A stretch of 64,000 bases of DNA from Eledone cirrhosa. Its lineage: Eukaryota. The DNA lies in NCBI GenBank assembly GCA_964016885.1, contig OZ024751.1, forward strand, positions 51,894,001 through 51,958,000, in the 5' to 3' direction. The position numbers were made by a program, and so were the translations under genes. Positions within the stretch are counted from its first letter, which is position 1; each line of letters begins with the position of its first letter. Below are positions 55,001 to 64,000 of this stretch, in pieces. The notes beneath the pieces are model-generated. The model was not told where the DNA came from. It worked only from the letters and a program-made list of their open reading frames with translations, and did no database searches.

Positions 55001-58000
55001 GTACTTAAAAAAAGAAACGAAAAATTTTAATAATCAAGTGTTAAAGAAAAACTACTTTTCTATTATAAGCTTCATCTTTATTGGTTTAGTTTGTTTTACA
55101 AAAGTAAAATTTTTCTCAGAGATCTATTAACTAGTTAATCATTAACCCTTTTGATACCAAACCACCTCTGGTTTTATGATATGATGGCAAAGAGTTGGAA
55201 CAAATGAATAATGCAAGCCAATGACATGCAACCTTTGTTATCAGAATACAAGATGTTCAATGGAAAAAACAAAATAATTATATAATCATATATAATTGAA
55301 AATAAGCGAGGCAACACTTCAAACACTCACCACTGGCCTTTATATTTCTGGGTTCTGTTTTTACATTGCCATTTTTCGGGTCATTTTCTTTAGAATCTGA
55401 ATTATCTTCTTTCACTGTCATTTTGTTGGCATTTGCAAGAAATCTTTGCTGTTTCTTTTCCTTCAAAGAAAACAGTCTTCTGCGCCTAAAAATGAAATAC
55501 AAAAATGATTATTTCAAGAAAATATTTGGGGTTGGGATAAATCAAACAGAATTGTTTCACTTCTTTAACACATACAAAACCTTGCTAGAAAGGAAAGTGA
55601 ATGTTAAATGATGATGAAAAACAAAATTTCATTCAGTGATGATAGCCATACCATAAGAACATGAATTAATAACAACACAGTAATAATAATAAGGTAGACA
55701 GACCTCTGTTGGTTTTGATGAGTGTTCCAGTTGTTCATTCAACTGAATTGCCAACTCATTGACTTAACGTTTTAGCGGCTGAGTATTCCAAACACGTGAA
55801 CCCATAACATAATTCTACTGAATTCTCTATCCATTATATATCATAATTTATCAATAAATAGTTATCTTCCTTATTTTTATTTCTAACTATATTGAGCAAT
55901 GATGGCTACTACTCAATGAAATCTGTCCCAATTTATAATATTGTTGTGACATTAAATCAAAATATGCACATAAATATACTTAATACTAGTTCCATTTGAA
56001 TAAAATTTCCTATTTTCAATTAAAATCTATTGGGTTTTTTTAAAATCAGTATTGAAAGGGTTAAACTAAATAAATAAACAAAAATAATTGTATATTTCAA
56101 CTGGTTAACCCTTGTGATTGCTCTTTCTATTAATTTTGTACACATGTAACTAACTAGTTTATAAGAACGTTACCTGAAGGAAGATAAATTATCTTTATAA
56201 ACATCTCCAACATAACTACAGTCCACTTGTACAGTTATAAGGCGGACTACTTACCAAAGATCTGAAGCTTCAGCCTGTTTCTGCTCCATGAAATCTTGCA
56301 CAGAATAAGTACCCATAATACGAAGACACAATCCTTTCAAAATCTGAAGTTTTTCAGCAGGTTCTAGATCATTTAATTCTCGGTTTTCCAACATATCTAT
56401 CAATTCTTCATTCTGGAGAAGTAGAACAAGAAAACAAAATAAGTTAAATATATTTGAAATAATCGTGAATAATTTTAATCAATTCAATAGGAACAGTTAA
56501 AAACCCTGACCTTAAGTTCAGAGTATAAAATATATTTAAAAAAAACATTTCATATTCTTGAGAAAGCATGAAAGTGACATTGAAATATATTCAAACTAGA
56601 AATACTGAAATCAGAAAGGACACAAAAATGACAAAATGAAGTTTTTTACTAAAACCAAAATCAAACTTACTACTTCTAACTCCTCTTCAGCTCCACTCGT
56701 TGAGCTGTCATCACTCTGTGTATCATCGGAGACATCGGTATCAATTTTCCTCAGAGCAAGACGGACAAGTTCAGTGGCTGTATATTGATTCACGGGGATA
56801 TCAGAAAGGGAAGTTTTCAATTCAGCATAATCCTGTAAAAAAAAAAAAAAAAAAAAAAAAGTTACATTTTCCCCATAAGTTATAGACAAAATATATACAT
56901 ATCCTGCAAATTTTCCAATCAATCTACTCATTATTTCTATAGATATCTACCTAATAATTTATCTAACAATCTATCCATCTTTAAATATCTAATATTATTT
57001 CCCAAAGTAGGTTCTGAGGAGTTGTAGTGTTCCACAAGATAAGATGTATTTTAATAAATCCTCCTCCTTATCACCATTAACATTTTATGTTCATTTTTTA
57101 TGAGATTTACAGCCTGAGGTTAGACAGGTTGGAGAACCATGCCTTGCTCATACGTTCCATATTTGGCATGGCTTCTGCAGTTAGATGCCCTTCCTAACAA
57201 CAACCACTTTACAGAGTGTACTAAGTACATTTTATCATGGTATCAGCACCAGTGTCTCTTAATAAAATTAAATAAAAATGTATGTTTTCTTCTTCATCAT
57301 CATTATCATTTAAGATCTGTTTCTCCTGCTAGCAAGGGTTATGAATGTAGATTCTGACCAGTGTTCCAGTTATTTGATCAATAGTACAGCCAACCCATAA
57401 AATTAATAAGTGGCTGGGCATTCCACAGACACATGTACACTTCATGTAATTCCCAAGGAGATTCAGCATGACACTGAGTGTGTTATGACAAGGCTGGGTC
57501 TTTGAATCACAGGTACAACATATTTTTCTAGCTGAGTGGACTAGGGCAATGTAAAATATTGTTTGGAAGTAAATAAGTTTGAATTTTAAAAATAGCCTAA
57601 AAATAAACACTGTGATAACAACCATAGATATTTACCTCTGATATTTCATCTTGCAACAATGTCTGCAGTAATATAACAAGTATTTCTGCAATGTAGGGAG
57701 AACCTTTCTCCTTATCAACTAGAGCTTTCATTAACGTATCTGTAAGTTAAGATAAAACATGAAAGTTATCAGTAATATTTGCAACAAAAAATTTATGGCA
57801 ATTCATTTGACTGAGAGAATATATTGATGGCTGAGATTGCTCTGAATCAAAAGGATTGTAATTATGACTCTTCAGTTATTGAATCCTCAACCCCTAGTAT
57901 TATCTCCTCTTCTGTAAACTTCCATTAGGTACAATGGGAAACTTACCACCATACATCCCATTGAACTTTTCATTACCATATTTCTAATGAAATATACTGC

Positions 58001-61000
58001 CTGTATTTCAATAAATTTTGAAAATAATCAAACATTTTGTGGAATATGTAACTTTTTCATTATCAACCTGCCTGTAATCATCTTTTTAATTAAATACATT
58101 CTATTTCAATTAATTAATGAAATATTATTTGCCAAGAACCATTTAACATATGGTTCTTATATAAAATGATATTGGAAGATTTTAATTTAAATTGTAACCC
58201 TGTCCAACATACCTGTATAAGATTTGTTAGTATTTATAATAATAAATACTTCTTGGACATACCTGTATAATAGATTTGTTCTCCTTGTGGCATTAACAAA
58301 CCAGCAAAACAGTTAATGAATTCTGTTACCATGGCAACATCACCAAATGCTTCGACTGGTAAAACCTTTGGATATGAAATCAATTTTGGAGATGGAAGAG
58401 ACTTCTGATCCAGATCTTGATCTTCATAACGCTGGAAATACATTCATAAAATGGATAACAGAATTAGAAGGAGGACTGGCAAAAGCTTACAATATTTAGT
58501 ACATCTTTTTATATGCCAGGAGTTACTGTCAGTAGATAGTATACTCCTTCTCCGGCAAACTAGCTTCTTGTGGGAAGTAGTTGGCCTAAAAAAAACTCAT
58601 TATGAACCTTCTCAAATAGCAATTAAAATATGGTTATAACATTTTATATTCTGATGTAAGTGGAAACTGATTAAAAGAAAAACTACCCAAAGAAAAAAAT
58701 ATGGTTTTTACCCTTGAAAGTTCCCGTTTCTTCTTCCTAATTGCTGCCTGTCTTGCTCTTCGGTCTTCAGCCTGTTTTTTCTTAGATTCCTCTCTTTTCT
58801 TCTGTAGATATTCCTCTCGTTGTTCTGCAGTCATTGCTTTCCTGAAAAATTAGTTTATTATTATTAGCATGAAAATATTTCAGTAAAAGAAAATACCATA
58901 ACAGTGTTACTAAGTTATAGCAAGATTTCTTGTGATAGTAGCAATGAGACAGTACTGTTCACTATTGATTAGCTTACTGCCATTTCCTTAATCAGGTTCC
59001 AAACTTACTAAGACCTCAGTTTACTATGGTGCTGCATTATCAGCAAATGTTGAGCTTGCCACAGATTATTTTGCTTTATCTATAGAGAATAGAAACAAAA
59101 TATTTGCAAACCAAGAAAAACAAAAAACAATAAAAGAACTTACAGCTTTTTCCTTTCTTCGTGACTTTGAAAAGCTTTCAGGACAATGTCTTTCACATCG
59201 GGAGGTAATTTTTCTCTCTGTTGAGCTGATAAATGCAGAACAACCTTTTCTAGAATTTTCTTATATTCATTTCTGTTGCTGTCTTTATTCTTCATAGCTG
59301 CCATTAACCTAATGGGGGAAAAATTAATTAAAATTTCCTGATCAATTATTCAAATGACAACCTTACACAATTTCCATAAAATACTGAGTGCTGTTGTCAA
59401 TAAAATACACCTAATACACTCTATAAAGGGGTGAGCAAGACATGGTTGTCCAACACATCTTGGTAACAACCCATCCAACAGATCTCGGCATGGAAAGCAG
59501 CATAAATAATTGTTTCTACTTTAGGCACAAGGCCAGCAATTACCCAGTGCATTACTGGTACTTTATTTTATCGACCCCCGTAAGGGATGAAAGGCAAAGT
59601 CAACCTCGCGGGATTTGAACTCAGATAGTAAAGGGACGTAACTATGCTGGAAAGCATGTCGTCCGACCCTCTACCGATACTGCCAATCCACATAAATAAT
59701 GATGGCTGACTGGGATCCACACGTCTATATAAGAGAAACTTCAATTCCCAATACAATACTTAATTTAAGAATTACTAAAATATGAAATTGAATAATAAAT
59801 GAAAACTGAAATTTAAAATGAGATCATACTACCATTTTTTATGCAAGCAGCAACTACTTTACTAAATTCTTGAGTAGTTATCATGAGATTCAACGTTATC
59901 TAAGGCATATTAAAAATCTTTTGATAGCAAACTGCTCCTAGTTCTAATAGTAAAATATACTAGGAAATAGCAAACTAGCTGTAAATAATCAACTATACTA
60001 TACAATCGGAATGTATGTAAGCAAGACGCAGGCTCCCAGTCAATCTGTGGGGTCAGTACCTCCATTTGAATACCAGCCCAGTCTGTTGAAAACTTGTCCA
60101 ACCCCTGCTAGCAGGTAAAAAAATTAACGTTAAATGATGACTTTTTTTTTTTCTTTGTTATGGCCATGCTGTAAAATGGAGGAGTCCAGTAAGACATTTT
60201 CTCTAGTGCTGGTGGCACAAATAAAAGCACCCAGTCCATGCTGTAAAGTGGCACTGGTGTTAGGAAAGGCATCCAACCAGTGTATCAATGCCAAAACAAT
60301 TATGAGCACAGCAACAAATATATAAGAACAACAAAAATATGAAGATGTCGCATCTCAGAGTTGCAACACAATGTTGGCACTGTCACAGGTAGATCTGGTG
60401 AAATAGCAGAAATGCTGGAGAGAAGGCATGTGGATGTGCGTTGCGTGCAAGAGGTGAGAGGAGAGGTGCCTCTGCGAGACTAGTCGCAGGCAAACATCTT
60501 AGCTATAAGCTTTTCTGGGTAGGTAAGCATGATGGGTTAGGGGGAGTAGGCATTTACCTGGCTGAGAGATGGATCAATAAGACAATAGAGGTAGTTCGAG
60601 TTAATAATCAAATAATTAAGCTTAGATTAGTTGAGACTACTGACAATCATCTCTGCCTATGCTCCCCAAGCAGGCCTAGGCAAATAAGAGAAAGACTGCT
60701 TTTACGAGCAACTTTTACAAACACCCGCAATGACAGAGGACGGAGACATTGTTATGCTAGCAGGGGATTTCAATGGTCATGTTGGACAGCTCCAGGATGG
60801 TTACACTGGGGTACATGATGGGCACGGTTACGGCTCAAGAAATGAAGGAGTGAGACTTCTTGAATTTTGTGATGCAAGTACACTGACTATTTGCAACACT
60901 AACTTCCAGAAACCTGCCAACCACCTAATAACCTACAAATCGGGCGAGCACATAAGCCAGATTGACTTCTTACTAGTTAGGCAATGGGACAGGCAGATGG

Positions 61001-63501
61001 TATCAAATACCAAGGCATACCCTGGGGAAGAATGTACCCCACAGCATAGGTTAGTCGTTAGTGATATCTCAGTAAGCAAGAGATGGAATGAGACATACAG
61101 GAAGGTGTGGAGAAGAAAGGTCTGGAAGTTAAAAGACCTTTCACTAAAATACAAATTTAGGAAAGCCCTTCAAGATGTGTAGACGAAAAAGACGATTTAG
61201 AGTCGTATGGCATAGATAATAACTGGAATTTCTTACATGACAACTTACTGCAGGCTACTGATGAAACTTGTCGCTGGAGCAGAGCTCCAACCAGACAGAG
61301 AGTGACTTGGTGGTGGAACAGCACAGTAGATAGGGCCATTAGAGACAAAAGACTAGCATGGAAGTCTTGGAAAAAGGGTGGGAGTAGAGAAGGATTTACA
61401 GCCGCTAAGAGAGAAGCTAGACGTCAAGTGTACTTAGCACGCTGGGAGGCTGAGAGTAGGAGGTTTGCCAATGTTCTGCGACGAGAAGATCAGAGGTGTG
61501 CGGTGTTCCACATTGCAAGGCAGTGTGTCAATGCAAATCAGGATTTTGTTGGAGATAAATGTGTCCGGAATGATATCCGTGTACTTAGTGTCAGGAATGA
61601 TCAGAAAAAGGAGGCCTGGAAATGTCATTATGAGAGACTGATGAATGTGGAGAGAGAGAAATTACCCTCAGTAGACCCAGCAGAGGGACCAGCTATTGAG
61701 ATTGACGAATATAGGGTCCAAGAAGCGATTAAGGAAATGAAAAATGGTAAGGCTGCTGGACCGTCGGGGATAGTTGCTGAGATGCTGAAGGCATCATGGG
61801 ACGTAGGCACTAAACTGATTGCACGCATCATCAATCAGGCTATATATGGTGGTGTCATACCCAAAGACTGATGCAGCAGTATTCTCATAAATTGCTACAA
61901 AGGTAAAGGGGATGCTCTGGAGAGGAGCAATTATAGGGGTATAAAACTGATGGATCAGGTTATGAAAGTGGCTTAAAGGATATTAGCACAACTAATTAGA
62001 GAAAGGTTCAAACTAGATGAGATGCAGTTTGGTTTCGTGCCTAGGAAAAGTACAACAGATCCCCTCTTCTTGGTGAGACATTTACAAGAGAGGTTCTTAG
62101 AGAAGAATATAAGCCACTATACTAAGCCTTTGTTGACCTAGAGAAAGCCTTTGATATGGTATCCCGATTTGTCATCTGGTGGTCCCTAAGGAAACTAGGT
62201 GTTGAGGAATGGCTTGTGAGGACAGTGCAAACTTTGTACAGAGGTTCTGTCAGTAAAGTCAGGGTAGGAATGGAGTTTAGTGAGGAATTCCAGATACAAG
62301 TAGGAGTACACCAAGGTTCGGTCCTCAGCCCGCTCTTGTTCATTATAGTCCTCCATGCCATAACAGAGGAGTTTAAGACTGGCTGTCCATGGGAACTTCT
62401 CTATGCTGACGATCTGGTTCTTATAGCAGAATCAGTAGAGGAGCTAGAGAATAAATTCTGGCTATGGAAACAGCAGTTGGAAGCAAGAGGACTGAGAGTG
62501 AACTTAGCTAAGACATAATGATGAGTAGAAAAGAGGACAAAACTCTGATTCCGTCAGGGAAATCGCCATGTTCGATATGCAGAAAGGAACTGGCATAAAT
62601 TCTATAAAATGCACACAATGCAGATCCTGAGTACACAAGAGAAGTAGTGGGATAGCAGGCAAACTAACAGGTAGGGAGAAATACGTATGCAGTAGATGTA
62701 CAGGGAAATTAGACAGTAGAAGTCGCATTGACAGACACATTTCTCAAATGCAGGCGGGTGCTATAGAAGTGGTGGATAGCTTCCGGTACCTAGGAGATCA
62801 GATTAGCATGGGAGGGGGGTGTTCCGAGGCCATAGTATCTAGAATAAGGACGGGTTGGAAGAAGTTTAGGGAGCTGCTTCCTCTGCTGAAGAAGAAAGGC
62901 TTCTCCCTGCGTACAAAAAGCCGGTTATATGATGCCTGTGTGAGGAGCGCGATGCTGCATGGTAGTGAGACTTGGGCAGCAACTGCAGAGGATATGCGAC
63001 GGCTGGAGAGAAATGATGCAAGCATGCTCCGTTGGATGTGCAATGTCAATGTGCGTGAACGACCCAGCATGGATGTGTTGAGAGAGAAACTGTGTCTAAG
63101 AGGGATAGAATGTAGTGTGCGAGGGAGACTGCGGTGGTATGGACATGTGATGCACATGGAGGATGACTGATGAGTGAAGTGCCAGGAAATGCCAGCTGAA
63201 GGAAGACGTGGTAGAGGTAGACCTCAGATCGCTGAAGCTCACGGTGGAGATGACGAAGGATCGTAACAATTGGAGAGATGCTGTGCTGAATAAAACTCGT
63301 CCCACCCTTGCAAGCAGGGAAAAGCGGACGTAAAATGATGATGATGATATGGAAAAATAATGCCATGTAGTCTACTGTTACTTACTTTCGAACAAGGGGA
63401 GGTGGTTTCTGTGGTGAAGCTGCTGTGGGAGTTTTCTTTTTCTCAGGTGTCTTTTGTCCTTTCTTTGTTGACATTTCCAGCAATGTCATTTGTTTCATAC
63501 T
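27020..63501 (-). CDS. BAZ1B: BAZ1B/WSTF chromatin-remodelling subunit, 3' portion (DDT, WHIM1-3, PHD x2, acidic tracts, bromodomain); the WAC-domain exons lie outside the window
   Basis: 26 in-phase GT-AG exons (minus): 63501-63386, 59308-59144, 58841-58712, 58431-58263, 57739-57636, 56832-56671, 56412-56255, 55485-55331, 54968-54815, 54542-54476, 54115-54001, 53327-53198, 52505-52341, 51923-51839, 51579-51472, 51374-51254, 50708-50560, 49644-49504, 49238-49170, 48888-48719, 47962-47871, 47454-47299, 46552-46146, 36063-35986, 35451-35308, 27187-27020. BAZ1B-type motifs: MKQMTLLEM, RYEDQDL, FGDVAMVTEF, LLQTLLQDEISEDY, PIGTDRDHSRYW, SRLHVLLGILDACVKWEKSAENA, PHD CKICRKKG...CDDCNQAFHLYC, bromodomain SWPFRLPV/VPDYYELIANPIDL/MFRNCAVYN. 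Confidence 0.92.
27308..27375 (+). mobile_element. Short CR1 3'-end fragment
   Basis: tactatacatgcacctttgatgagttgtaatgcacttgaacactgtacacaataatttcatta resembles the 3' UTR of both CR1 copies. Confidence 0.7.
27383..27670. mobile_element. Inverted pair of SINEs (27383-27468 minus; 27481-27670 plus)
   Basis: Both match the family consensus, in opposite orientations. Confidence 0.85.
28296..29525 (+). CDS. CR1 ORF1 protein (PHD-like zinc finger, Gln-rich repeats, coiled coil, RRM-like region)
   Basis: First ATG at 28296, 409 aa. Cys pattern CHIC...CGTCRISVCLQC...WSFQCLGC. VIAIGVPED...RLGRPGPKPRLIRLSF is typical of LINE ORF1 proteins. Confidence 0.85.
   Translation: MGRNNKIAMVMSIDEICDKTGRCPKIEHCPEDHTCHICTEPENSFRNRWVECGTCRISVCLQCATGFRKIPGQNKKHHIATMDRLWEMVQLTNWSFQCLGCMPASPITAEQQQRPKIVSSTIVPEQQQQKPRIVSSSTIVAEQQQKPTTVASATTPVEGLHQQQQPMSSSPVTFQQQQPTTVSSTIPVEGEEQQQKPTVNTEFEEIRQMISALSQEIAEIKSSVRVEPHNEGSYRSALLKNLRVPHVEPRRIENATETANHEVIAIGVPEDIVDLQAFATSSSKDLGCAPAKGALRLGRPGPKPRLIRLSFSNSAEARSYLVASDKARRESRIAFRTRPGLPPDVRPKLRAAASLNRSSAEHESFSLRDDGQIWRFVKAGESWKRDTSWSENSVPTTTDNKETEKTLGN
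29507..32344 (+). CDS. CR1 ORF2: APE endonuclease plus reverse transcriptase; no in-frame ATG before the endonuclease motifs
   Basis: The frame is open from 29507 to TAA at 32344. Endonuclease motifs SLNARS, VTETW, GVVYRPP, AGDFN, LDL, SDH. RT motifs [35 protein letters not shown]. Confidence 0.92.
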   Translation, partial: KNSGKLNQNNLPSPAHNHRLESKYKLLSLNARSLCNKIHLFDSYVKSINPDFITVTETWAHPLLCDGVFSMTGYNLFRKDRINRGGGGVMVYVRSNLSAIPCADLNQSQQEVFFCDIRMTMSTLLLGVVYRPPNYHQDTQLCDILRAAARKTATYVFIAGDFNHPEIDWETFRWPPSANDFLELVLDSSWSQVVTSPTRGDNTLDLLFTTTPETVISVTAEEPLGDSDHAMIIANLSLMGSNKNHNHLQTAHFDWNRADWNCYCTELQRPNWLEFYDSGDVNTVLQNILSSIWTACAASVPRKRKKHPKSAIWETAAVRLARKERRNAEREYKLHKSDINRKRRNRSSNHLKQVTKKAVLQFEQRIATSPDSKVFWKYVHSKQRPHSPVGPLRNPHTSQVTDDPKECAELIAECYAGIFTIEDQSVPSPPPMTPDSITTMEFTPAMLRRHLKNKRNHASPGLDGVTYLLLKRGGYFLLRQLSRFFQFCLNNSATPEQWKTASVIPLFKKGDRTSPVNYRPVSLTSCIAKLMESCVRETLWNFWSSHSLIRPSQFGFIPNSSCCDQLIEFLEDITRITDGGSWVDVVYLDFAKAFNSVPHKRLMAKLSAMGVKDDLFNWLKSFILSRREVVTVLGQHSSPYEMSSGVPQGSVLGPLLFVAYINDIDANLRNATVLKYADDIKLYLEIKRTDPEHYRSCLQSDLDTMQQWISDWQLKLAVDKCTTMHFGSKNPASTYSLHSTNIKKSSCERDLGITVSSDLRWTRHVSKIVKRAEGVLASLSKTFVSRSADIYLRLYTAMVRPHLEFASPVWNPYLAQDIDRLETVQRRATKRIPSIRHLPYSDRLASLGMDSLKLRRLATDLVNTHKIVNHVANNNPECLFDFHVSNTRGHAHKVRKQHSSHDFRKHFFTLRVAEAWNKLPASVVSCRDAASFKASMLPEIRQHYS
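32530..32626. repeat. Imperfect inverted repeat (about 45-bp arms) containing a hammerhead-like motif
   Basis: cttctacaggactagatctttttcattcaaaagaagttatcagg pairs with cctcatgatttctgttgaatgaaacagttctagtcctgtaggag. Confidence 0.8.
33958..34103. repeat. Near-perfect inverted repeat (about 70-bp arms, 6-nt spacer) containing a hammerhead-like motif
   Basis: 33958-34027 is the reverse complement of 34034-34103 with two mismatches. Confidence 0.9.
34345..34565. repeat. 18-bp minisatellite, about 12 copies
   Basis: Unit gtgaaagtaagagaaag(a/g). Confidence 0.95.
35637..35862. mobile_element. piggyBac-like MITE; related copies at about 25821-25998, 34859-35070 and 45277-45540
   Basis: TTAA-ccctttagcattta ... 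taaatgctaaagaa-TTAA terminal inverted repeats. The internal sequence recurs in the window. Confidence 0.65.
36430..37962 (+). mobile_element. Decayed RTE-clade LINE fragment
   Basis: Broken NYRGIKLMDQV, DLEKAFDRV and CPWELLYADD motifs, followed by an RTE-type 3' end with a (GAT)n-like tail. Confidence 0.85.
38765..39290 (-). mobile_element. Penelope-like element reverse transcriptase remnant
   Basis: Minus-strand translation across frameshifts gives HKKNFISNPSSRLICP...SKNIFDRI...NTNDVIKWF...FLQFAIDNNYASIS..LLNTAL. This resembles PLE RT (KDHK.NF...P..RLINP; FIQFDI..FYPSI). Confidence 0.7.
45288..45407. repeat. 60-bp exact tandem duplication within a MITE copy
   Basis: catttccattactctatatttcctattgtattttcatggtaaacactttatctcacataa, twice. 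Confidence 0.9.
45644..45770 (-). mobile_element. SINE (partial)
   Basis: Core and tail in reverse. Confidence 0.8.
45925..46124. other. Assembly gap (200 N)
   Basis: Run of N inside a BAZ1B intron; the true length is unknown. Confidence 1.
46965..47230 (+). mobile_element. RTE-clade 3'-end fragment, same family as 4867-5116
   Basis: YGHVVRISQERITGQILRAKPTSKRPRGRPRARWLDNI...WKECL. Confidence 0.8.
48466..48664. repeat. 40-bp minisatellite, about 5 copies
   Basis: Unit ctctctattaaagctgttatcatagtacattatagaccac. Confidence 0.95.
50138..50530 (+). mobile_element. Isolated 3' UTR copy of the RTE family at 19509-21297
   Basis: Aligns by eye with 20900-21297 (gtaatacagaagacccgccttgcct...ggacgttaaacga(tga)n). 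Confidence 0.8.
50852..51024 (-). mobile_element. tRNA-derived SINE
   Basis: Full copy in reverse. Confidence 0.85.
51987..52130 (-). mobile_element. SINE (partial)
   Basis: B box, core and tail in reverse. Confidence 0.8.
59507..59691 (-). mobile_element. tRNA-derived SINE
   Basis: Full copy in reverse. Confidence 0.85.
60340..63350 (+). mobile_element. Near full-length but disrupted RTE-clade LINE (endonuclease plus RT) in a BAZ1B intron
   Basis: Endonuclease motifs GVGIYL, AGDFNGHVG, QIDFLL and QHRLVV. RT motifs GKAAGPSG, GVHQGSVLSPLLF, YADD, FRYLG and LRWYGHV. Multiple frameshifts and stops; (GAT)n tail. Confidence 0.92.
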
Positions 63502-63611
63502 CTGTATAAGAATAAATAACAACATTCAGTTACCATGTGAGGCATTGAGACAATAAGGTTTCAGAATTGACCTATTTGACCAATCAGACATTTTAAAATT
63601 TCTTTTTATTT

Positions 63612-63897
63612 CCTAGCAAGGAGGAAGGATTCCCCAAACTGGAGACATCATCCATATCAGTTGCTCTCCAATAGTTTTGTCAGTGAACTTGTAGCAGTGG
63701 GGACTTGGTCCCTGGACCATCCCACTACTCATTTTCAGGGTGGAGTAGGCCACCCGTGGCTGCGAGCCACATGCGTTGAAATGGCTATACCAGTTTTCTC
63801 CATTCTTTAATGGGACCATGAAGCGGCCTGCACATGGGCTCCCACACACCAGAGAACACTACTCGACACTGTATGGGCCCACACTATTGGAGTAGCA
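63612..63897 (-). mobile_element. Possible highly decayed LINE C-terminal fragment
   Basis: GC-rich patch. The minus translation YSNSVGPYSVE*CSLVCGSP weakly resembles Y...VRP.LEY.S.VW.P. Confidence 0.3.
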
Positions 63898-64000
63898 ATG
63901 TTATGACAGGAATAAATAATTTATTTCTCATATTTTCTCTCATAAAACATTTCTTTCATTCTGAAAAACACTAGGTTCTCCCCATTTTAGTTGCCTCTTA

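Overview
AT-rich, intron- and repeat-rich animal DNA. The repeat landscape suggests a cephalopod mollusc such as Octopus; this is an inference. I traced three spliced genes exon by exon, with GT-AG sites and consistent phase. DNAAF4/DYX1C1 (minus, 11 coding exons, 391 aa) lies head-to-head with a TM6SF1/2-family gene (plus, 7 coding exons, 401 aa). Converging on that gene is the 3' part of BAZ1B/WSTF (minus, 26 exons in the window; DDT, WHIM, two PHD fingers, bromodomain; the 5' end is outside the window). The introns hold an apparently intact CR1-clade LINE, a decayed sister copy, several RTE-clade LINEs, many tRNA-derived SINEs, and mariner, piggyBac-like, Helitron-like, CRE-like and Penelope-like remnants. 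There is one 200-N assembly gap. Main leads: (1) the intact CR1 has no usable ORF2 start codon but has a G_GGA_AAC slippery heptamer at the ORF1 stop, which suggests -1 ribosomal frameshifting; (2) hammerhead-ribozyme-like cores sit inside long inverted repeats; (3) several features point to a BAZ1B isoform lacking the bromodomain; (4) a PHD finger is embedded in the RTE polymerase; (5) one RTE insertion is 5'-inverted and bounded by a target-site duplication. All assignments were made by eye and none has been checked against a database.
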